Assembly (NCBI GenBank): GCA_016861085.1 | Contig: BOKR01000001.1 | Location: 131,271 to 195,270 of the forward strand | Origin: Patescibacteria group bacterium | GTDB lineage: Bacteria; Patescibacteriota; Microgenomatia; UBA1400; PJMF01 | Reading direction: 5' to 3' | Length of the DNA stretch: 64,000 nt | Shown: in pieces, positions 34,575 through 44,017 of the stretch | Numbering within the stretch: position 1 is the first letter of the stretch | How the letters are laid out: each line of letters opens with the position of its first letter | The notes under the pieces: generated by a model | Told to the model about the DNA's origin: nothing | What the model saw: the letters and a program-made list of their open reading frames with translations, nothing else | Databases searched by the model: none | Translations under genes and position numbers: made by a program

Positions 34575-35393
34575 ATGGTAACCATTTCATTTTTACTTAT
34601 CACCACTCTTTTGTTTGTTTTAGGTACGATACTCGGGAGTTTTTTGAGTGTCGTGATCTTACGTTCTATAGCTGGTGAGGGTTGGGTTTCTGGTCGCTCT
34701 AGATGTGACTCATGCAGAAACACTATTGCTTGGTATGACAATATTCCCCTTCTCTCTTTCATTCTATTGCGTGGCAAGTGTCGGCATTGTAAGGAACCAA
34801 TTTTGCCTTTGCACCCTATGGTTGAAGTTTTAACTGGGGTGCTGTTGGTGTGGTGGTACTGGGGTGGATTTATTTTCTTTAAACTTACCCAAACGCCACT
34901 GAGCATTTTACAGCCACTGTTTTGGTTGTCAGTAGGATTATTATTGATTTATCTTTTTATCATTGATCTTAATTACATGATTTTACCGGACAAACCAGTC
35001 TATGCGTTATTTGGTTTGGCGGTGTTATACAGAGTTGCCTTGGTGGTATCGGGAATTATGCAGATGAATGATCTCTACTTTGCCATCATCGCTGCCCTCC
35101 TTTCCTTCCTCTTTTTCTTTGCTTTGTGGTTTTTTACAAAGGGGAAAGGTATGGGCTTTGGTGATGTGAAGTTGGTTGTTCCTCTTGCACTATTGTTGGG
35201 AGCACAAAACATGTTGGTATGTTTGTTTTTGGCATTCATCATCGGTGCGGTTGTAGGAGTAATTCTGATTTCGTTTGGTCGAGGAAAGCTTAAAACTGCA
35301 ATACCATTTGGTCCTTTTTTGATTTCATCAACAGTGTTGAGTTTACTCTGGGGTGACACCCTGTTTTCCTGGTACTGGCAACTCATTTTCTAA
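34575..35393 (+). CDS. pilD: prepilin peptidase (A24 family)
   Basis: A zinc-binding motif (CDSCRNTIAWYDNIPLLSF..GKCRHC) and a polytopic membrane domain with a GDVKL catalytic Asp region. I chose the start at 34575 because the track start overlaps the terminator hairpin. Confidence 0.85.
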   Translation: MVTISFLLITTLLFVLGTILGSFLSVVILRSIAGEGWVSGRSRCDSCRNTIAWYDNIPLLSFILLRGKCRHCKEPILPLHPMVEVLTGVLLVWWYWGGFIFFKLTQTPLSILQPLFWLSVGLLLIYLFIIDLNYMILPDKPVYALFGLAVLYRVALVVSGIMQMNDLYFAIIAALLSFLFFFALWFFTKGKGMGFGDVKLVVPLALLLGAQNMLVCLFLAFIIGAVVGVILISFGRGKLKTAIPFGPFLISSTVLSLLWGDTLFSWYWQLIF

Positions 35394-35433
35394 TATGCTT
35401 TAATGGTACTAGAGAAACTCTAGAGAAATTATT

Positions 35434-36396
35434 ATGCGTATTCTGCGGATTATTTTGAGTGCTTTTCTGTTTTTTGCAGTGATAGCTATTGGTGGGTTTT
35501 TCTTGGTTCGAGAACTGTTATTATACTGGGGCGAAAGCAAGTTACGTGGATCATTGCGGGAACTGAGCCAGTCACAAAACAGGGGTAGTTTTGGATCACA
35601 GTGTTCAGCACTTGGTGCAAACGCCATCGCTGGAGAATCATTGGTTGAATACCAATTACGTTTTATTTCTTCATCTGAATACTTGGTAGAAGCAGTGTGT
35701 GAAGGCTTTGCGTATGATCCAATTACGATTTCCCAGGGTTCGCTTCCTCAATTTGTTACTAAAGTGCCAGGAACTTCTGGATTTATTGTTTCAAATTTTG
35801 AGCAAAGTGGTATTGAACTTGAAGCTTTCGCACTTGAAATTAGTAAACTATCACTGGCTACGGGCTTTGACTTCTCATTTCTGGCAAAGCAGAAAGCAAT
35901 CGTCGCAGAAAATGGTGTGGTGGTTAAAAATGAAAGCTTATCAAATGTGGGAAATGGTCCAGTTACTTCTTGTGAAGGGTATGGCTACCAGTGCTGCAAT
36001 GAGGTTTCACATTTTGGAGTTGGAGATAGAATTACTGGCCTTCCTGATTGTGAACAAAGCTGTTATTTGAATTGCACTACTCGACCAGTTCTCCTCTCTT
36101 TGAATACTAATCCACTTATGGAACCGCAAAATAGAACTGTATATATACAGGCAAACACTCCAGTTGAGTTTACGTTTGTAGCTGATTTTGGTGAGGCAGA
36201 CTCTGGCACTGGTGTTTTGGACTTTGGTGATGGTAAGAAAGCCCCAATTTCTGGTTTAGCTGGTCAAATTTCACATACCTATGAATGTGCATCTGGGAGT
36301 TGCCAGTATGTTGCAAGTGTTACACTTGAAGATAACTGGGGAGTGAAATCAGCACAAATAGAAACAAGCAAAATAAAAATAGTAGTAACAAGATAG
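35434..36396 (+). CDS. secreted/membrane-anchored Cys-containing hypothetical protein inside pilus locus
   Basis: 320 aa with an N-terminal transmembrane helix or signal anchor and multiple Cys (CEGYGYQCC, CEQSCYLNC) in the C-terminal half. Confidence 0.4.
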   Translation: MRILRIILSAFLFFAVIAIGGFFLVRELLLYWGESKLRGSLRELSQSQNRGSFGSQCSALGANAIAGESLVEYQLRFISSSEYLVEAVCEGFAYDPITISQGSLPQFVTKVPGTSGFIVSNFEQSGIELEAFALEISKLSLATGFDFSFLAKQKAIVAENGVVVKNESLSNVGNGPVTSCEGYGYQCCNEVSHFGVGDRITGLPDCEQSCYLNCTTRPVLLSLNTNPLMEPQNRTVYIQANTPVEFTFVADFGEADSGTGVLDFGDGKKAPISGLAGQISHTYECASGSCQYVASVTLEDNWGVKSAQIETSKIKIVVTR

Positions 36397-36411
36397 ACAA
36401 TAAAGGAACAT

Positions 36412-36843
36412 ATGAAATTTTTGAAGTTCAAACAAGAGAGTAAAGGGTTTACCTTGCTCGAAATTTTGGTGGTAATTTCTATTATCGGAATTTTGATCGC
36501 GCTTGGTGCTTCTGCGTATAGCACGGCTCAAAAGAAAAGTCGTGATGCCAGAAGACAGGGTGATTTGAAGCAAATTCAGAATGCTTTTGAGCAATACTAT
36601 ACGACTAACAGCTCTGCATATACCGCCTGTGCCACAATGGATGATATCTTTCCTTCTGGAACAAGGCCATCTGATCCAAAAGGAGGATCATGGCCAGATT
36701 ACAACTGTACCCAAACAGCATCAACATACTGTGTTTGCGCTCAGTTAGAAACCACAGGAGCCGGGAATGCGACTTCCCTTGGTGCAGGTGGAACTTGTGC
36801 ATATGGTACTGGTGACTACTTTTGTGTCTCTAATCTACAATAA
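36412..36843 (+). CDS. type IV pilin-like protein (minor pilin/pseudopilin)
   Basis: The prepilin motif is KGFTLLEILVVISIIGILIA, followed by a Cys-containing C-terminal domain. An SD (AAGGAACATATG) precedes the start. Confidence 0.75.
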   Translation: MKFLKFKQESKGFTLLEILVVISIIGILIALGASAYSTAQKKSRDARRQGDLKQIQNAFEQYYTTNSSAYTACATMDDIFPSGTRPSDPKGGSWPDYNCTQTASTYCVCAQLETTGAGNATSLGAGGTCAYGTGDYFCVSNLQ

Positions 36844-36871
36844 TACTTGAAATATAAAGGAAAAACTGCCC

Positions 36872-37570
36872 ATGAAAAAGAAAACTGCAAAAAAATCACA
36901 ACCGAAAGTACAAAAAAAAGGATTTACCCTCATTGAAATTTTGGTGGTCTCGACAATTATTATAGTGGTGGGGGCAATTGGGCTGGTAAGTTATTCCGGT
37001 GCCCAGGTTAGTGCCCGAGATGCACAACGAAAGCAAGATCTAGAAAATGTCAGGACCACCTTGTTGCTTTACCGATCAGACAATGGTTACTACCCTATTG
37101 CTGGATTAGGTCTTGATTCAAGATTTGCATTTTCATTTCCAAGACAAGTGATTGCGCGGTTGGGAGCGGCTTTCAGGGTTTCTCAAGTAAATGCAGTTGT
37201 GAGTCCAGGGGATGAAGGTTCTGAAGAATTTGGTTTTGCCGAAGACACAGGAGCACCGGCCGATGATAGTAAAACTGGTGACGATACTGAAAAGGCAACC
37301 CCTACTCCAACGCCATTTATAGAGCCAGCAGAGACCCCTTCTCCAGCACCAACTATTGTTCCTGGTACTGGAACTATACCAGCAGAAGCACTAGCATACC
37401 AAGAAATGGCTGCAATCCTAGTTGAAGAAGGATATCTAGAAAGTGATGAACTGCCATATGACCCCGTTAATGACAGCACCTATTATTATGGTTATGACTC
37501 AGATGGCTCGTCGTTTTCTTTGACAGCTCGACTGGAAAAAGATGGCTCAGTTGTAACACTGACAGATTAA
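36872..37570 (+). CDS. type IV pilin-like protein with Pro/Thr-rich linker
   Basis: KKGFTLIEILVVSTIIIVVGAIGL N-terminal methylation motif; a PTPTPTP linker. Confidence 0.7.
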   Translation: MKKKTAKKSQPKVQKKGFTLIEILVVSTIIIVVGAIGLVSYSGAQVSARDAQRKQDLENVRTTLLLYRSDNGYYPIAGLGLDSRFAFSFPRQVIARLGAAFRVSQVNAVVSPGDEGSEEFGFAEDTGAPADDSKTGDDTEKATPTPTPFIEPAETPSPAPTIVPGTGTIPAEALAYQEMAAILVEEGYLESDELPYDPVNDSTYYYGYDSDGSSFSLTARLEKDGSVVTLTD

Positions 37571-37592
37571 GTACTTAAGTTATAAGGAAATT

Positions 37593-38117
37593 ATGAAAAT
37601 GAGAAAAAAAAGAAATGGATTCACTCTGATTGAGCTGTTGGTTGTAGCGACAATTATTGTTGTGCTGTCTGCAATTGGGTTGGTTAGTTTTACTAACGCC
37701 GGAAAAAGTGCTCGCAACTCAAAGCGTAAGTCCGACCTTGAAACGGTGAGACAAGCCTTGGTGTTGTATAAGAGTGACACAGGGGGGTATCCGATTGCGT
37801 TGAGTGAAGTAGAAACAAAAACAGCAGATAATTCACGATCAAATTTGTTGGGGACAATAACCCAGTTGTTTACAGTACCAGTAGCATATGCAGCTGCATC
37901 ACCGGGGGGAACAAACCTAAAATATAATACAATGATCGGGGTTCTAACTCCAGACTACATTAGTGAGCCAACACCTGTTGATCCCAAATCTGGACTACCT
38001 AGCTGTGGAACGACAGGTACCGTTGTCTGTGACTATCTATATACTGGAACAGCAACGGCATTTACTTTGGAGGCACCTTTGGAGGGTGATGTTAATTATG
38101 TGCTTACGAACCCATAA
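37593..38117 (+). CDS. type IV pilin-like protein
   Basis: RNGFTLIELLVVATIIVVLSAIGL N-terminal methylation motif. Confidence 0.7.
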   Translation: MKMRKKRNGFTLIELLVVATIIVVLSAIGLVSFTNAGKSARNSKRKSDLETVRQALVLYKSDTGGYPIALSEVETKTADNSRSNLLGTITQLFTVPVAYAAASPGGTNLKYNTMIGVLTPDYISEPTPVDPKSGLPSCGTTGTVVCDYLYTGTATAFTLEAPLEGDVNYVLTNP

Positions 38118-38631
38118 ATTAGCCGGTTTCACTTTGATTGAGCTTTTGGTAGTTATTAGCATTATTTTGCTCACAACTGGTGCAGGTATTGCAAGTTTTG
38201 TGAATTTTAATGATCGGCAGCAGGTATTATCTGCGGTGAAAGACACTCAAGAATTATTAAGAGCCGCGCAAGTTAAATCAAGAGCTGGTGAAGGTGCCAA
38301 TGATTGTGGTGCAGGTAATAAATTAAAAGGGTATCAAGTTACTTCAAATGCTACAGCAGTAATTTTAAATAGAATATGTGTGAATGCTACAACAGGTGCA
38401 ATTACCAGTACGACTGAGCGTTCTCGAGTTACTTTGGACAATATAATAGTAACCAGGGCCCCAAACAATACAATTACATTTTTAGCGCTCAAAGGCGGTG
38501 TGGATCTTGGTGGGAGTACAAATATCTCAATTACTGTTACGGGTCAATATAGTAATGTTTCATATTTATTTCAAGTTTTAGATACTGGAGAAATTACAGA
38601 GGGGGCATTCCAGGATAGTGGTACTGAATAA
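38098..38631 (+). CDS. type IV pilin-like protein
   Basis: An internal start gives MCLRTHKLAGFTLIELLVVISIILLTTGAG. It overlaps the previous gene by 20 nt. Confidence 0.6.
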   Translation: MCLRTHKLAGFTLIELLVVISIILLTTGAGIASFVNFNDRQQVLSAVKDTQELLRAAQVKSRAGEGANDCGAGNKLKGYQVTSNATAVILNRICVNATTGAITSTTERSRVTLDNIIVTRAPNNTITFLALKGGVDLGGSTNISITVTGQYSNVSYLFQVLDTGEITEGAFQDSGTE

Positions 38632-38638
38632 GTAAATT

Positions 38639-39124
38639 ATGACATTTAATAAAAGATTTTTTTTACAAAAAGGTTCTACAATAATAGAACTACTAATTGC
38701 AGTTATGGTCGTGGGCTTGATTGTAACGGCAGTGGCAAATGCTGTCACCTACTCTATTAAAAATACTGGTGAATCAAGATATAGACAGGTCGCGACAATT
38801 TTGGGACAGCAAGTGATGGAACATTTTCGAGGCCAAAAAAATGATCTCGGCATAATTAATTTTAGTAATTCATTGACTGCTGGAGCCAATTGTTATTCAA
38901 GCATTGATAGCCCAACAGTTGGGGCCTGTGGTGCAACTCAAGTAATTGTAATGGCAGGAACTAATTTTAAGCGTGATGTAACTATCGCTAAGGGCGGTTC
39001 TGGAACTCATGTCAGCCCGTATTATATTAATTTTGTTGTTACAGTTTCTTGGGTAGATGGTACTGAAACAAGGGAAGTTGAATTAATTCAAGAACTACAA
39101 CAAGACTCTGGTTTTACTAATTAA
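38639..39124 (+). CDS. type IV pilin-like protein (divergent)
   Basis: KGSTIIELLIAVMVVGLIVTAV, with E5 conserved. The pre-cleavage Gly is followed by S rather than F. Confidence 0.55.
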   Translation: MTFNKRFFLQKGSTIIELLIAVMVVGLIVTAVANAVTYSIKNTGESRYRQVATILGQQVMEHFRGQKNDLGIINFSNSLTAGANCYSSIDSPTVGACGATQVIVMAGTNFKRDVTIAKGGSGTHVSPYYINFVVTVSWVDGTETREVELIQELQQDSGFTN

Positions 39125-39135
39125 CATTAGAAAAT

Positions 39136-39669
39136 CTAATTTCTTAAATTTATTGTTGCTTCAAAAGATTCACTGATATTAGAATCAGTACTTAGAGTTG
39201 GTGCATCTTTATCTAGGGTAAAACTGATTTTAATTTGTCTGTTTCCTGCTTCACCGGAACAGTCAAACCGTAGCGTGCTTAAATTTACAGTAGCAGAAGT
39301 AAGCCTGGCACTGTTAGAAGCAATCTTATTAACACCAGAATCACTCACGGTACTGTAGGTAGTCACACCACTATCTAGTCCTACAACTCTAATTGTTTGC
39401 AGATTATTTGTGCAGGCTTGGAATGTATCGTCATAATATCGAGCATTCTTGATAATAAACTCCATTTGGTTGAGTGCGTGTAGCCCCTCTTCTTTCACAG
39501 ATTTCCTGATGTTAGTTTTTGAGTTACCGATTAGAAATGTCATAAACAAAGTAGTAATTGTGAGCATGAGTAGCACGGTCAAAGAGGTAGTTATGAGCAA
39601 CTCAACCAAGGTAAAACCGGTTCGGCGGTCATTTGTTTGATGCTGGTCCATTTTGCGAGTTTTAATCAT
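39136..39669 (-). CDS. type IV pilin-like protein, co-oriented with giant adhesin gene
   Basis: RRTGFTLVELLITTSLTVLLMLTI prepilin motif. This is the last gene of the minus-strand operon. Confidence 0.65.
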   Translation of the reverse strand: MIKTRKMDQHQTNDRRTGFTLVELLITTSLTVLLMLTITTLFMTFLIGNSKTNIRKSVKEEGLHALNQMEFIIKNARYYDDTFQACTNNLQTIRVVGLDSGVTTYSTVSDSGVNKIASNSARLTSATVNLSTLRFDCSGEAGNRQIKISFTLDKDAPTLSTDSNISESFEATINLRN

Positions 39670-39687
39670 GGGCAGTTGATTTTTCGA

Positions 39688-42600
39688 TTAGTTTACCTCT
39701 TGCCAGACTAAGTTTGGTCGTCTCAAAATTTCTGGGGTATTTTCATTGAAGTCAGGTCTGAAGTGGAATACCTCGGTGGCATAGGTGTTGTTGAGAGCTC
39801 TGTCTAACGGATTGGTCGTGTTATCAAACGTTCTTTGCAGGTCAATTCCACCCCACCCTACAAATGTACCCTCACCAACAAACATTCGATCTGCGGTGGC
39901 GTCGTTGTTGTCGTCGTCAACAATAATTTGATTGCTTGCGATGTAGACTCCGTCGATGTTTGTGTTTGTTGAGCCACAGGTTGGGTATGAACAGGTGTTT
40001 CCTACTGAGTTAGCAATAGTGATATTTCCTCCAGCAATAATTGCAAGGTACCCACTATCAGCAACGTCGATGATATGTCTGTTGGCTGCGCCAGTGTTAT
40101 TAATAGTGACATTTCCGCTGACAAAGATAATTTTCTTTACCCCCGCAGCTACTGTTTGAATTGCATTAATATTTAAAACGAGATCTCCATTTCTGTAGAA
40201 TACTTGGGCATCATCATAAATGGTCCCGTTGTTTGGTAGTGCGGTTAGTGGTGTTGAAATGGTTTGGACACTGCCAAGGTCAATATTTTTTGTGAGATAG
40301 TCATAGTCCTCTCTTACCAAGTTTGCATGAGTAGTGCTATTTGCTCTTGGTTGAACGATTGGAGGAACGCCACCAACGTTGTATTCGGTATAATAACTAT
40401 TCGCTCCAATACTGCCACCACTCATTGGGATACCAGCTGATTTAGCAAGACCAGCACTTTGTTCTATAAGATATGAGGAAGCGGTATCAGCAACATTACT
40501 GGTAAATCCTTGTGCTCCGTACACATTGCCTTGTGTAGATTTCCACCATGGTCCATGTGAGAGATCAACAGCTGTAACAAAGAAGTTTTGGTTTGTGGCT
40601 GGAGAAGCGGTATCAGTTTGTATACATGAGAACGGAGTGCCACCTGGACAGTTGCAGTAGAAAGAATTTGCGGGGACAGGGTTAGCCAGATTTAGAGTTA
40701 GGTTGAAACCATAGTCTGGAGCCCAGGCAGAACTTGGTGCGTATGGAACGTTACTCATAGTATAGGTGCTTCCAGGACTTACTGTAAGATTTCCGCCGGT
40801 ACTTGAAACCATCGTAGGAGCGCCAGCAGTGATACCCAGTGGTGTGCCGGTTCCAACACAGTTATTTGAACCATCTGGTCCTGTAGCAAGGTTGTAGATG
40901 GTGCCGGAAACATTTGCAGTTAGGTCTACAGCTCTTCTTACCCATGTGCCATTAGTGCTGCATCCATTTCTAGCTCTGATGACTATATCAAAATTATTTG
41001 TTTGAGTAGCCAATACGCTTGGGAGTGAAACTGATGTTCCCGAAGTCCAGGTAAGAACTCTACAAGTACCACTACAAGTACCTGGAATTGCGGCATTTCT
41101 TGGAAGCAGCCATACGTCATACGCTGTAATTGCTCCTGGTGGTGAGATACTTGCAGCTGTCCACGAAATAGTTCTTGGAAGCGGATTGTTTGATAGATTT
41201 AGGTTGTTGCCAGAGATTCCATTGACCGTAATGTTACTGACTGAACCCGGTGTTTGGTTTAAAGTGCCACATCCTACATCAGGTCCACAAGAAGGAACAC
41301 ACGCGGTAATTGTTTGAGGAACATTGCAGGCTGGGCGAGCTGTGAGAGCTGAATTACCACAGTTTCCAGCAGGATTACCGGTAGCAGCATTTCCTTGAAT
41401 GTCAGTAGAGTTAACAGCTACTGTATAGTCACCTGGGTTAATACCAGTGGTGTCCCAGTTGATAGTGTAGAAATTTCCGGCTAAAGTTGGTGGGCCAGGA
41501 ATTTCTGTCCAGTTGCCAGCAACACAGGGGTCAGCTGAATTGAGGATATACCAAAATCGAACCGAACTAAAAGTTACTCCAGCAGTATTAGTCTTATATG
41601 CTTTAATAGAATCATAGTAGACTGGTTGAGCCCATGCTCCACCGTGTGTCGAACCAGGTCTAAGAACTACTCTGAATCTTGAAGTAGTTGAACCGTTCCC
41701 AGGATTTGACCAAGTACCAGATGTAGTAAAGTCTTGCCATGCTGAAGGGATTAGGGCCATGGATAGATTGCCACCAGGTGCAACATGTCCTGTCCAATCA
41801 CCGAGATATGGTTCTCTTTGCAGGTATACATTACTGATAGTTTCGTTAGAGGAATGGCTTTTTGCTTTGAGTTTGATTGTATAGTTTTGATTAGTTAAGT
41901 TTTGCCCAGTTTCTAGCCAACCTGTTGTTGCGTGAGGATCCGTTGCTGATAAAAGTGGGGAGATTTTTGCGTAGTATGCTCCTTCTGATCCTGCCGATGG
42001 CCAGGTAGCATTTGGAACCGCCCACCACTCATTGAGTTGGTATGCAGTTGGCCAAAAAGTCATTCCTCCTGATTCAAATCCCCCATCGTAAGCAAGATTT
42101 AAGCCGATATCTGAGATTTCAGCAATATATTGAACAGTTTCACCTGCTGTAACTGAAGAATCAGAGACATCAAACGAGTCGCAATCTGGGGCTTCATCAA
42201 CAGGTGAATTATTGACCGTGATATTGACGGTGGCTTGAGTTGAACAAACGATTCCCGATCCTCCCATGTATACATTTGCTGTGAGTGTTGTTGTGCCTTG
42301 AGATATTGGGGTAATCTGCGATTGATATGGAGCCCCATTTTGATCAAAAACGGGATTCATTGAAATGTTGTTGTTAGATTTAGAAAATTCGACTTGGCTT
42401 ACATTCCCGTTTTGAATGTTTGATACGTTTGCTGTTATTGTGAATGGCGCACTATCTGTATAGAGGTTGACTGTTGAAGGAGAGAGGGTGACGCTACAAG
42501 AGGGGGGCTGGACACAAGTACCAGAGCAGTCTGTGGCACAGTTGCAGTTATTTTCACCTGCGTCACAGTTGTTGTCTCCACAATATGGACCTGGCGGTGG

Positions 42601-43230
42601 ATTACAGGTTCCGCAATCTGTTTGACAGTTAGAGCAGTTTTCATTGTTCTGTGGGTCACAAGTGCCGTTTCCACACCAATATGTTGGAGTTGGAGTTGGA
42701 GTTGAGGTGATGAGACAACAACCACGGGTACCGTTGCGAGGGGGACAATTATTATAAGGACAACCGTTTGCATACACAGCAGGTCCTCCTGGTGCATTGG
42801 ATTCGCATATTCCACTTGCTCCCCCAGGTGTACAGTTACAAGTTCCACCATAGGGACATGCCGACCCTTGTGTGGTACAACTGCTTAGATCAGGACATAT
42901 ACAAGTTTCGCTTGTGGCTGATTGATAGACATTTCCACTACATACTTCAACCCCAGGTGTGTTGCCAACACACGAACCAGCCCCACCACCTGTCGGGCAA
43001 GTATAATTGACTGATGGAGTTACGCTTCCATTATTACATCCGTATCCTGAAGCTGGAACACAATTGTCTACTCTAGCATAGGCGTTTGTTCCTGCACAAT
43101 CATATGGTGAACATGCCTCATCAGCAAATACAATATCGAATTTTTGTAGGAACAGATACGAACTTAAAATAAAAAAACTTAATATAATAATCAAATTAAG
43201 TTTTTTCTTGTTAATCTTATACAATCTCAT
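39688..43230 (-). CDS. giant secreted Cys-rich surface protein (candidate pilus-associated adhesin) with C-terminal beta-helix-like repeats
   Basis: 1180 aa with a signal peptide. The N-terminal 250 aa carry repeated CGxGxCDxxxNExCxNCxTDCGTC-type cysteine repeats and a TPTPTPT linker. The central region is Asn/Thr/Ser-rich and Ig-like. The C-terminus has NxTIxN/GGNITIANSVGN repeats typical of right-handed beta-helices. Confidence 0.6.
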   Translation of the reverse strand: MRLYKINKKKLNLIIILSFFILSSYLFLQKFDIVFADEACSPYDCAGTNAYARVDNCVPASGYGCNNGSVTPSVNYTCPTGGGAGSCVGNTPGVEVCSGNVYQSATSETCICPDLSSCTTQGSACPYGGTCNCTPGGASGICESNAPGGPAVYANGCPYNNCPPRNGTRGCCLITSTPTPTPTYWCGNGTCDPQNNENCSNCQTDCGTCNPPPGPYCGDNNCDAGENNCNCATDCSGTCVQPPSCSVTLSPSTVNLYTDSAPFTITANVSNIQNGNVSQVEFSKSNNNISMNPVFDQNGAPYQSQITPISQGTTTLTANVYMGGSGIVCSTQATVNITVNNSPVDEAPDCDSFDVSDSSVTAGETVQYIAEISDIGLNLAYDGGFESGGMTFWPTAYQLNEWWAVPNATWPSAGSEGAYYAKISPLLSATDPHATTGWLETGQNLTNQNYTIKLKAKSHSSNETISNVYLQREPYLGDWTGHVAPGGNLSMALIPSAWQDFTTSGTWSNPGNGSTTSRFRVVLRPGSTHGGAWAQPVYYDSIKAYKTNTAGVTFSSVRFWYILNSADPCVAGNWTEIPGPPTLAGNFYTINWDTTGINPGDYTVAVNSTDIQGNAATGNPAGNCGNSALTARPACNVPQTITACVPSCGPDVGCGTLNQTPGSVSNITVNGISGNNLNLSNNPLPRTISWTAASISPPGAITAYDVWLLPRNAAIPGTCSGTCRVLTWTSGTSVSLPSVLATQTNNFDIVIRARNGCSTNGTWVRRAVDLTANVSGTIYNLATGPDGSNNCVGTGTPLGITAGAPTMVSSTGGNLTVSPGSTYTMSNVPYAPSSAWAPDYGFNLTLNLANPVPANSFYCNCPGGTPFSCIQTDTASPATNQNFFVTAVDLSHGPWWKSTQGNVYGAQGFTSNVADTASSYLIEQSAGLAKSAGIPMSGGSIGANSYYTEYNVGGVPPIVQPRANSTTHANLVREDYDYLTKNIDLGSVQTISTPLTALPNNGTIYDDAQVFYRNGDLVLNINAIQTVAAGVKKIIFVSGNVTINNTGAANRHIIDVADSGYLAIIAGGNITIANSVGNTCSYPTCGSTNTNIDGVYIASNQIIVDDDNNDATADRMFVGEGTFVGWGGIDLQRTFDNTTNPLDRALNNTYATEVFHFRPDFNENTPEILRRPNLVWQEVN

Positions 43231-43231
43231 A

Positions 43232-43969
43232 TTAATTATCTACTTTATAGCTCACCCTAAGTGCAGGTATGAAAGGTCTGCCATCTGGTAATTTGGGGAG
43301 CAATTTAGGATTACCAGTCTTTATGAATTGAATAAAATCATCTGTGTTCCAACTCTTTGTCAATCCTGAACCATAATACACAAAATCTGAGGTTCCGTTA
43401 GGTTCAGTTGTGTTTATTTGAGCCATCTGATTTTCTCCATTAACAATGAGAAGCTGTAAAATATCGTCTTCACCAAGTTTCGCTGACTCGTCAAATTTAC
43501 CCACCTCAATAACATATTCTTCTAGCATTTGTCTCAACTTTGTACCAGTAGCAAATTGGGGCATAATCGTAAAATTGTAAGATCTATCTCCAAAAGCAAT
43601 GTAAGATCCATCTTCCTTATCGATAACTGCTCCAATTATTGCCCAAAGTTCTTGTGTTTTTTCATTACTGTCATTATATTTGCACTTAGCTAAACTTTTA
43701 ATGTTTACATAATCGAACTGACCGTCGCCAAACTCAAATTTTATATTTTCGTCAGTAATCTCAGATATCTCGCATTCAAAAACGTAGACATAATTACTGT
43801 CTTGATCCGCATAGAGTGGAAAGTAACTATTCCTTTGTAGATTATCTATAGGCTCTTTTTGCGAATAAAATCCTCGATTGCTCAACAGGAAATATGCTGC
43901 TACTAAGACAAATAAAACTACTACACTAAAAAAAGCAGAAACAAGATATTTTTTGTATTGTTCGGCCAT
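43232..43969 (-). CDS. membrane-anchored protein with a conserved C-terminal domain shared with the upstream gene
   Basis: 245 aa with an N-terminal transmembrane helix. The C-terminal 70 aa (GENQMAQINTTEPNGTSDFVYYGSGLTKSW...TGNPKLLPKLPDGRPFIPALRV) is paralogous to the C-terminus of 44018..45910. Confidence 0.5.
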   Translation of the reverse strand: MAEQYKKYLVSAFFSVVVLFVLVAAYFLLSNRGFYSQKEPIDNLQRNSYFPLYADQDSNYVYVFECEISEITDENIKFEFGDGQFDYVNIKSLAKCKYNDSNEKTQELWAIIGAVIDKEDGSYIAFGDRSYNFTIMPQFATGTKLRQMLEEYVIEVGKFDESAKLGEDDILQLLIVNGENQMAQINTTEPNGTSDFVYYGSGLTKSWNTDDFIQFIKTGNPKLLPKLPDGRPFIPALRVSYKVDN

Positions 43970-44017
43970 ACTAGATCAGTATAGCACCTGCGTTTTATAA
44001 AAATCAAAGACGAAAAA

